Shown: positions 8,919 through 16,373 of the stretch, one piece after another
How the letters are laid out: every line of letters starts with the position of its first letter
How positions within the stretch are numbered: position 1 is the first letter of the stretch
Position numbers and translations under genes: made by a program
The notes under the pieces: generated by a model
Seen by the model: only the letters and a program-made list of their open reading frames with translations
What the model was told of the DNA's origin: nothing
The model's database searches: none
NCBI GenBank assembly: GCA_963755295.1
Contig: CAVWIX010000001.1
Coordinates: 6,411 to 70,410 of the forward strand
Direction: 5' to 3'
DNA: 64,000 nucleotides
Source of the DNA: Vulcanimicrobiota bacterium
Lineage (GTDB): Bacteria; Vulcanimicrobiota; Vulcanimicrobiia; Vulcanimicrobiales; Vulcanimicrobiaceae

Positions 8919-10514
8919 CTAAATCGCCTGAATCTTGGCCATCATCCCGGCATCTTCGTGGTCCAGGATGTGACAGTGGAAGATGAAGGTTCCCTTGATG
9001 ATCGGATCGCGGAAGTCGGCGGTGATCACCATCGTCCCCGGTTTACCGTCTTTGCGCCGGTGCGGAAGAACGACGCTGTCGGCCCAGTACGGATGCACGA
9101 GCCTGACACCGTTGATCTGCTTGACCAAAAAGTGCGCCTGGTGCAGGTGGAAGTCGTGCGTTTCTTGGGTTACGTTGACGAGGCGCCACTCTTCGACCGT
9201 TCCGGTGTGCACGGTAAACATCGGCGGATCGCTCATTTTGAAGGCTTTACCGTTGATGAAAAAGTGCGACGGGCCTTCGCTGAAGATCACCACCCGCTTG
9301 GCAGCCGGCGGCGGCAGGGGCGTCGTGTAGACGTTTTGCGGCAGGGGCGCGCCGACGGTCAGCACGCCGTGGAACGACGTATCCTTACCTTTACCCTTGG
9401 GCGCGCGCAACTTGGCGAGCAGGAGTTCCGGATCGCGGTCGCCGCTAAAGCCCGTGTCGTAGCAGAGCGTACGGAACGAGCCGTATCCATTTTTCGGGCC
9501 GGTAACGACAAACTCGGCACGCGCCGCCGGCGGAATGATGATCGACTTCACGGTCTCGGTCGGCGGCGTAGCCGGCCACGTGTCGAGCGCGAACCCATCG
9601 ATCGCCACGAGCACCAAGTTGCCGCCCGTCGAAAGCTTGAGCGTCTTATGGCCGGTCGCGTTGACGACGCGGAAGAACTGTTTTTCGCCCGGCGCGATGG
9701 TAATGATCGGCTCGAAGGCGCCGTTGAGCGTCGTCGTGAGTCCGAGATCCGAACCGCACGGTTCGCTGTTGACGACTTTGGGCTTGGCGGTGGGCGAGGC
9801 CATGCCGGACATCCCGCTCATGCCGGACGCGTCCGCGGAGCCGTCTTCTTCCGCATCGCCGCCGACGGGTGGTGCGTTCTCACCGACGCCGGTAGCGCGC
9901 ACGACGATCATGCGTTCCTTCATCTTTGCCAAGCCCGGCAGATGATGCTCGAGACCGTTGACGATGATCGCGCCCGACATGCCGCCGGAGCCAACTTGAT
10001 ACGTCGTCTGGCCGTGGACGTGCGGATGGTACCAATAAAGTCCCGGCTCTTGATTCTTGGGAACGTGCACGACATAATGCAGCGTCTGTCCCGGTCGTGC
10101 CATCGTTCCGAGAACGTCGTCGCCCGGCGGTCTCGGCGAGGAACCAAAGCCATGGAAGTGGATGTTGATGTTGTCCTTCTCGCCCTTGCGCGGCAAGAGC
10201 TGATCTTCGACGGTCATCTCGATCCGATCGCCCGGATTAATGCGAATCGTCGGCGCGACGCCGCCCATTCCGTTAAAGACGAACTGCGGGAAACCGGTCG
10301 CACCGCTAAAGGTCACCTGGAGGTCGACCTTCGCGACGCCGTTGACGGACTTTACGACGGGCGGCTCGGGCAGCTCGTTGACGTTCGTCGGCGGTTTTTG
10401 CGGGCCGGTCTGCGACGAGTTCGGCGGAATCGGATTCACCGGGCCGCTCGCCCTTCCGCCGCATCCGGCAAGCCAGGCGAAAACAATTACAAAAGCGGCA
10501 AAACGGCGTAGCAC
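8919..10514 (-). CDS. Multicopper oxidase (laccase-like), lipoprotein
   Basis: All four copper-binding signatures are present: NIHFHGF, WYHPHVHG, HDFHLHQAH and HCHILDHEDAGMM. The N-terminus has lipobox WLAGCGG. GTG start preceded by GAGGAG. Confidence 0.9.
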   Translation of the reverse strand: MLRRFAAFVIVFAWLAGCGGRASGPVNPIPPNSSQTGPQKPPTNVNELPEPPVVKSVNGVAKVDLQVTFSGATGFPQFVFNGMGGVAPTIRINPGDRIEMTVEDQLLPRKGEKDNINIHFHGFGSSPRPPGDDVLGTMARPGQTLHYVVHVPKNQEPGLYWYHPHVHGQTTYQVGSGGMSGAIIVNGLEHHLPGLAKMKERMIVVRATGVGENAPPVGGDAEEDGSADASGMSGMSGMASPTAKPKVVNSEPCGSDLGLTTTLNGAFEPIITIAPGEKQFFRVVNATGHKTLKLSTGGNLVLVAIDGFALDTWPATPPTETVKSIIIPPAARAEFVVTGPKNGYGSFRTLCYDTGFSGDRDPELLLAKLRAPKGKGKDTSFHGVLTVGAPLPQNVYTTPLPPPAAKRVVIFSEGPSHFFINGKAFKMSDPPMFTVHTGTVEEWRLVNVTQETHDFHLHQAHFLVKQINGVRLVHPYWADSVVLPHRRKDGKPGTMVITADFRDPIIKGTFIFHCHILDHEDAGMMAKIQAI

Positions 10515-10723
10515 GGCATCTCCTCAAGAGTAGAACGCGGCGGGCGGCGACTTCATTCGGCTCGCGGCCCCCGAGGACCCTCGACACGCTCGATGACTCG
10601 CCACGCAGCGCTTGCCTCGCCGAACCGGGCAGGTAACTTACGAGGGCTCGCTCGCAGCGCATATGCAGCCGCTGGCCAAGCTCAGCGCTTCGCTGCTGCG
10701 GTCCGGCGGAGGCGCGAGTGCGA

Positions 10724-11746
10724 CTATTTCTTCGCTGCCACCACGCCGAGCGGCAGATCGAAGTTCCCCGTGAACGTTGCAATCGGTGCACCGCCGGCGG
10801 GGTATTTGAAAACCTCGCCGTTGTTATTGCCCGCGTCGCCGCAATAGACGAAGCCTTTAACGATCCAAGTTTGCGCGCAGTCACTCGAACCGGTGAGCTG
10901 TATCGTGTTCTTCAACGTCGCCGTCGTTCCGCTGACCGTGTACTGATAGAACTGGCTCGTAATCTGATCGAACACGCTGAGGTACGTGCCATCCCACTGC
11001 ACCGAGCCGGGGAACTGCGGAGAGTTGCTCGTTTTGATCGTAACGAATTTGCTGCTGCCCTTCGGAAGCTCGACGAGTCCGAAGTCGTAGCTCAGACCAA
11101 AACCGTCGGCAAAGAGGTTGCCGTTGGGATCGTAACCGTTGAAGTACTCTCTGGCCAAAGGCGTGTCGTACACGGTACCCGAGCCGGTCGCGTTCTTAAA
11201 AATCACAATCTGACCGCCTGGCCCGTAAGAGTTACCCAGTAGAACTCCAACGGCAAGATCGCCGCTCTCATTCATGGCGCAGCTAGAAGTGAACGTGTAG
11301 CCAAGAGACAGCGTCTTGAGCACCTTATTACTCGGAACCTTGTATTCGGTTATCAGGTCGTCCGTACGCCCGGCGTTCCAAATGATCTTCTTCCCATAGC
11401 CGTACAAAACGTTGGTGCACCCTTGACCGCCGGCGCCATCGATCTGACCAACCATCTGGATGCTCTTTGGATAGTTGAACATACTCGCGTAGGTGCCGTA
11501 ATAGTTTATGACGTACTCGTAGTCCCTCCCTTTCCTTTTTTTGTCGGGTACGAGCTCTGCGTAACGCGGCATCGGGTTCAGCCTCGCCGCCGTTATCGGC
11601 CTTCCTTTCACAAGCAGCGTCTTACCGATGTGGGAAGCTTGGAGCGTAGCGGCCGACGGCGCAACCGCCGAGCCACTCCCGCACGCCGAAAGTATCGCGA
11701 GTGCAACGACGGCACCGGCGCACTTGAGTAAACCAGGGGTGTTCAT
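10724..11746 (-). CDS. Family A beta-propeller-like lipoprotein (paralog A3)
   Basis: Lipobox ILSACGS. GYDPNGNLFADG, VQWDGTYLSV, EVFKYPAGG. The 3' half is near-identical to 13229-13600. AAGGAG SD. Confidence 0.8.
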   Translation of the reverse strand: MNTPGLLKCAGAVVALAILSACGSGSAVAPSAATLQASHIGKTLLVKGRPITAARLNPMPRYAELVPDKKRKGRDYEYVINYYGTYASMFNYPKSIQMVGQIDGAGGQGCTNVLYGYGKKIIWNAGRTDDLITEYKVPSNKVLKTLSLGYTFTSSCAMNESGDLAVGVLLGNSYGPGGQIVIFKNATGSGTVYDTPLAREYFNGYDPNGNLFADGFGLSYDFGLVELPKGSSKFVTIKTSNSPQFPGSVQWDGTYLSVFDQITSQFYQYTVSGTTATLKNTIQLTGSSDCAQTWIVKGFVYCGDAGNNNGEVFKYPAGGAPIATFTGNFDLPLGVVAAKK

Positions 11747-11856
11747 TAGCCTTGCTCCTTTGAAGTAGATTCAGTACGCCGAACGGCAACACTGGCGTCC
11801 CGTGGTCTTCGACCGGCCTCGGAGCCGTGCCTCCGCTATCGGGATGCGCTGCCGCG

Positions 11857-13017
11857 CTATTGCTCGAGTTCTTGTAGCGTGTTCGTTTCGTTATCGGTAT
11901 AGAACAACACCGTGTCGCTGTCGTTCGTGCCGATCGCAAGGAGCCCGAAGACGTGGGCCGTCTTGCTCGTGTCGATCGTCTTGGTGGCCAGTACTTTTCC
12001 GGTCGGCGTCAGCTCCACGAGTTTATTCCCGCCTTTGGTATTCGCAACGATGAGGTTTCCGTTCGGTAGAAGCGCTGAAGCGACGGGCGCATTGAGCGGA
12101 GCGCCACTATAAACGAGAGTCGCGCACGTGACCTTGGGATGCGCGCACTTGAACGTCTTTCCACCCGGCTGAACGATGATCTCGTCTTTCTGAAGCAAGC
12201 TGCTTGCGGTCGAAACGGCGACGATGGTGTTATTGACCCCATCGACGATATACAGAATATCGGTGCAAAGAACGCCGATTCGCGTGCCATTGTATTGAAT
12301 TCCCGATGGGCCCAAAACGCTCCAGCCCTGGCCCTTCTTGACCGCGAAACCCTTTATAACCTCGGTTTCCTGCGCCGAGCCGCTACGACTGACGGGAAGG
12401 AAGGCCAGCTTGATAATCGCACCGGTCTTGGAATCCGAAACGTAGACATCTTCGGGCGCGTAAGCGAGACCGCAAAATGCATCGGCGTCGGCGAGCGGAG
12501 CCTGGATCGGAGAGCCGTAGCTCTGGTCGAACTTGCCGTCTGGAGTGAACTGCGGGACGACGCCGCTGAGTTGTCCGGCGCCGTAGACTTGATTTGTCGC
12601 GGTGATCGCATCGCCGTCGCAGCCCTGTAGCTTAGCGTTGGTTGTAAACGTCCTCGGCTTGGAGTGCGGCGCCGGATCGAGCACCTCCATCGTAGTACCT
12701 TTGCCGGGGGTACCCGACGCGTCGGCGAAGTTGCAAACTAGAAGCTGTCCCTTCTTGAGCCCAAACGTCGACCGCGCCACAGAGATCGCACGCGGGCCCA
12801 TGTCGCCATTTTTCCGATCGACCGTCGAGCCGATTTCGACGTCTTTCGTGAGCTTTTTCAGGATCGACGTCTTGTCGACGGCGGGAACCATGGAACTCGC
12901 GCCCAGTGCGGGCAGATCTTTCGCTCCGGCGGGGACTGCGGTGTTTCCGCCGCACGCCGAAGTTGCCAGAAGTACTCCGGCGACCAAGATTAATACGCGG
13001 TTATCGAACGTTGGCAT
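11857..13017 (-). CDS. Lipoprotein with NHL/propeller-like C-terminal repeats, unknown function
   Basis: Lipobox LLATSACGG. C-terminal LLPNGNLIVANTKGGNKLVELTPTGKVLATKTI resembles NHL-type blades. Intact 386-aa ORF with high third-position GC. Confidence 0.7.
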   Translation of the reverse strand: MPTFDNRVLILVAGVLLATSACGGNTAVPAGAKDLPALGASSMVPAVDKTSILKKLTKDVEIGSTVDRKNGDMGPRAISVARSTFGLKKGQLLVCNFADASGTPGKGTTMEVLDPAPHSKPRTFTTNAKLQGCDGDAITATNQVYGAGQLSGVVPQFTPDGKFDQSYGSPIQAPLADADAFCGLAYAPEDVYVSDSKTGAIIKLAFLPVSRSGSAQETEVIKGFAVKKGQGWSVLGPSGIQYNGTRIGVLCTDILYIVDGVNNTIVAVSTASSLLQKDEIIVQPGGKTFKCAHPKVTCATLVYSGAPLNAPVASALLPNGNLIVANTKGGNKLVELTPTGKVLATKTIDTSKTAHVFGLLAIGTNDSDTVLFYTDNETNTLQELEQ

Positions 13018-13228
13018 CCTAAGTTTCGCTCCTAACGCAGTGATGACGAAGCCGGTTCGAAGTACTTCTTACATCGCCTGCAAGAGCGAGCGACCGCCAC
13101 CCCTTGGCCCTTGAAGCCACCACCGCCCGCTCCGCCTGCGCCGCGCCTTCATAGGCCGTGTCCCGGCAAGCCATATGGCCGAGGCCGCGTACCGTCGATA
13201 CCGGTGCTCTAAGATTAGAAACGCAGAA

Positions 13229-14266
13229 TTACTTTTGTGCTGCGGTCGCCCCGAGCGGGAAGTCGAAGCTGCCGGTAAAGACTGCAATCGGCGAACCGCC
13301 GGCCGGGTACTTGAACACCTCCCCGTTATCGTTCCCCGCATCGCCGCAATAGACGAGGCCTTTAACGATCCACGTTTGCGCGCAGTCGCTCGAACCCGTG
13401 AGCTGTATCGTGTTCTTCAGCGTCGCCGTCGTTCCACTTACCGTGTATTGATAGAACTGGTTCGTTATTTGATCGAAGACGGTGACGTACGTGCCGTCCC
13501 ACTGCACGGAGCCGGGGAACTGCACCGCGTTGCTCGTTTTGATGGTAACGAATTTACTGCTGCCCTTGGGAAGCTCGACGAGCGCGAAGTCCGAGCGATC
13601 GCGAGTAAAGCCGTCGGCGAAGAGATTCCCCTGGTCGTCGTAGCCGTTGAAGAACTCTTCGTCCAACGGCGTGGTGTAAACGGTAGGCGAGCCGCTCCCA
13701 TTCTTGAAGATCAAGACTTGGCCGCCGCCCGAATAGTTCTGTCCATACAGGATCCCCACTGCAAGATCCCCGCTGGAATTCATGGCGCAGCTCGACGGGA
13801 ACGAGTAGGTGGTCGTCAGCGTTTTGATCGGCGTGTCGGGAACCTTGTACTCCGTCATCTGCGTGGGGCCCCCGATATTCCACATGATCTTCTTCCCATA
13901 GCCGTAGAGCACGTTCGTGCACCCCTGACCACCGTCACCACTGATCGAACCGATCTGCGCGGTGCTCTTTGGATAGTCAAAAATGCTGGCGTACGTTCCG
14001 TAGTAGCTGAAGATGTACTCAAACTTTTTCTTCCGATGATGGTCCGGAACTATCGTCTGATAGTCCGGAACTATCGTCGCGTAACGGGGCATGGGCCTGA
14101 GACGCGCGGCGGTCACCGGCCTGCCGTTCACAACGAGCGTCTTACCGATGTATCGCACATCTTGGACGGTCGTCGACGGCGCGGCAGACGAGCCGCCGGC
14201 ACAGGCCGATAATATCGCGAGTGCGATCGGAGCACTCGCGTATTTCATTAATCCGGTAGTATTCAA
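13229..14266 (-). CDS. Family A beta-propeller-like lipoprotein (paralog A4)
   Basis: TTG start with AAGGAG SD. Lipobox ILSACAG. Collinear with 10724-11746. Contains an in-frame 21-bp tandem duplication (14042-14078). Confidence 0.8.
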   Translation of the reverse strand: MNTTGLMKYASAPIALAILSACAGGSSAAPSTTVQDVRYIGKTLVVNGRPVTAARLRPMPRYATIVPDYQTIVPDHHRKKKFEYIFSYYGTYASIFDYPKSTAQIGSISGDGGQGCTNVLYGYGKKIMWNIGGPTQMTEYKVPDTPIKTLTTTYSFPSSCAMNSSGDLAVGILYGQNYSGGGQVLIFKNGSGSPTVYTTPLDEEFFNGYDDQGNLFADGFTRDRSDFALVELPKGSSKFVTIKTSNAVQFPGSVQWDGTYVTVFDQITNQFYQYTVSGTTATLKNTIQLTGSSDCAQTWIVKGLVYCGDAGNDNGEVFKYPAGGSPIAVFTGSFDFPLGATAAQK

Positions 14267-14458
14267 GTACGTTGCTCCTTTTTGAGTAGACAGGATCGCT
14301 TCGCTCTCTTAGGCGGCTCCAAAAGCGTGTAAATCAGATTCATCGAGGCGTTCTCGAGTGCCTTTTCGGCATTGAATCTGGCTTTCAATGTCTCTAATGC
14401 AATTCAAGCTTCCGCCGCAAACCCCGTGCATGAGACTTCTTTGGTATTTCCATCGATC

Positions 14459-14515
14459 GGCGCATCGTGTGGGCCCATCGGATCGCAGGGACTGGTCTTC
14501 TCACGAGGATGCGCC
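14459..14515 (-). promoter_or_regulatory. Conserved inverted-repeat element E1 in the 5' region of paralog A4 (candidate structured leader RNA or operator)
   Basis: 8-bp outer stem GGCGCATC/GATGCGCC encloses ~41 nt. ~85% identical by eye to 23820-23876 upstream of paralog A5. An inner CGUG/CACG helix is kept as UGUG/CACG in the other copy. Confidence 0.45.
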
Positions 14516-14598
14516 CGTTACGCGAGGTCATGCCCGCTGCCGCACAGCTTCACGGGGGTAGCCCCGGATGGTTCGGACCCGGTTTGCCGCGCGTCGAC

Positions 14599-14682
14599 AT
14601 GACGATAAACGAGCTGTTCGATCGGTTCATGCAAGCCAAACCAAGTCGCCTCGCCGCGACGACGTTGCAGCGCTACGAGAAG
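14599..14682 (+). pseudogene. Fragment of a tyrosine integrase (about 28 codons of the N-terminal core-binding region)
   Basis: MTINELFDRFMQAKPSRLAATTLQRYEK aligns with MTMSDLFEKFMTHKAKRLEATTIDRYKG of the intact integrase (5275-6444). Similarity stops on both sides. Confidence 0.6.
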
Positions 14683-14791
14683 ACGCCGAAGGCCGAGTCG
14701 CCAACCGCGCTGGCGGCATACAGATTCTTTTCGAAACGGTAGATCATGGATCGTACGCCTCTAGAGGTTGGACGTATAGCCAAACGTGAGC

Positions 14792-15715
14792 CTACAGGAG
14801 TTCGAAGCTCGAGCTTTGCTGCGCGATCGCCAGGCTCATGCTCTGACCGTTCACCGTGACGTTGGAAACGTAACGCGTGCCGTCGGGAAGCCGGCCGAAA
14901 TGAGCCTGAATCGTCACGGCATCCGACGGCTCGCTGAGGTACGAGGACACGTTGTAGCCGACCAGCTCTTTCGGGGAGGACGTCCGGGTTAAAACCACCG
15001 AATCGCCCGGCTTCAAGTAGCCGGACATGACGATCTGCGCGTAGCCAGATCCTGCTGGGCGCAGCGACAAGCGGCCCTGCGCGTAGAGCTGCTTAATAAC
15101 GCTCGGATTGAGCTGCGTGTAAATTTGGGCAAGGGCACCGACGCTTTGTGCGTACTGCTTGTAATCCTGTTCGACCCGGTGGCGGATACCGAACCGGCGT
15201 TGCGTTCCCCCGCCAGACGACTGCGACAGCACGCTCTTGACGGGCTTCCCGTCCGAGCCGAGCTGGACGCGATAGACCGTCGTCTGCTTGACCTCATCCT
15301 TCACGCTCACCGGAGCCGCTGTTGCTGTACGAGCCGTACGGATTGCTCCCGCTGCCCGAGTGACCATAGTTGCCGGAATAGGCGTTCCCGCTCGTCGAGC
15401 CGCTCCTGCTGCCGTATGGGCTCGAGGCGCTGGTGCTATGATAGGCGTTTCCGGTCGAGGCATTATACCCGCCGCTGCTCGTGCGGCTGTAGCCGCCATA
15501 ACTCGACGTCGTCGTCCGGTTGTAGCCGTTCCCCGTATTCGTTACGCTCGTGTTGTGGGTGCCGCCGTACGGTCCGGTGCTCGAATGGGTTCCGGTGTCG
15601 CCGTGAAAGTCCCAGCCACCGCCGCGGAAACCGCCGCCGGCGTAACCACGCGCAGCGACGCCGCGGGAACCAGAGTCAAAAGCAGCGCGATCGCTGCGAA
15701 GCGTTGAGCGTTCAT
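14792..15715 (-). pseudogene. Secreted protein gene with no uninterrupted frame: signal peptide, Gly/Ser/Tyr/Asn-rich low-complexity segment in a different frame, then a C-terminal globular domain
   Basis: The ATG at 15715 gives MNAQRFAAIALLLTLVPAASL. From ~15653 to 15297 only the other frame has coding-like third-position GC (GYAGGGFRGGGWDFHGDTG...SNPYGSYSNSGSG). From ~15300 the first frame resumes (VSVKDEVKQTTVYRVQLGSDGKPVK...FELL*). The signal-peptide frame has an in-frame TAA at 15542-15544. Confidence 0.5.
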
Positions 15716-16157
15716 TTCTGTATCTCGTCTACGGTTCCGGTGAGCGATAAGTACGTTCCGGCTTTGCTCGTTATCAAAGCGAGCACGCCGTGAGGCTGAA
15801 TCTGGGCCGACGAATACGGCAGCAACTGCTTCGAAGTCGTGGGGTTCAGCCACACGGTGCCGCTGCGTAGGGCGATGCGTTTCTTCTCTCCGTTCTGGAA
15901 CAGCGTCGCATCGTAGGGCAAGCACTTGACCAGTACGCCCGATGCCGTGCAGGCCGCCTTGCCGATGACGACCGTGCCCACGCCGTCGCTCGTAGTCAGC
16001 GCCAACTCCTCCCGCCCAAGGCGGATCGAAACGTTGGCATAGGTCTTTCCGACCCATCCCGCTGCCAGACCATTGCCGTCGCAGCGGCACCCGCAGGCCG
16101 CGCAAGTGCGGCGGTCATCAGCAGGGCGCCCGTCATCGTCGATAAGCTCTTTCGCAT
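15712..16157 (-). CDS. Small secreted protein, possibly frameshifted after the signal peptide (alternatively two overlapping small genes)
   Basis: The ATG at 16157 gives the signal-like MRKSLSTMTGALLMTAALARPAGAAA and stops at 15996. The downstream frame (15712-16005 and open upstream to ~16150) has the better third-position GC. Its stop overlaps the next ATG (ATGA at 15712-15715). Confidence 0.45.
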
Positions 16158-16373
16158 CACTTCATTGTCCCTCCGGATAGGCGGGTTCTTATAGCTACCG
16201 TCCAGCGCTGCCGGCTTGGGATAATGGTTTCGGATCACGATGTTAAATCACCGCCGTGACGGCGGCGGAAGCCCGTTCGCCTCCTTGCCCTTGCCCGGCG
16301 AATCGCGCTGTATGTAGATGTCGAGGCTCCCGTCGCCGTTGAACATCACCGGCATCCGCGGAGCGCGGAGCCC

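Noticed and set aside
8721-10511. 596-aa ORF on the plus strand
   Set aside because: It is antisense to the multicopper oxidase, which has all four copper motifs. The composition is Arg-rich and low in information.
14372-14602. Plus-strand small ORFs (also 23751-24020) sharing the peptide IGSQGL(V/L)FS(R/Q)GCAR
   Set aside because: Similarity is limited to the ~57-nt inverted-repeat element and is lost on both sides at protein level. The two ORFs have unrelated starts and ends. The conservation is better explained at nucleotide or structure level, although 4 of ~9 substitutions being synonymous in this frame means coding cannot be fully excluded.
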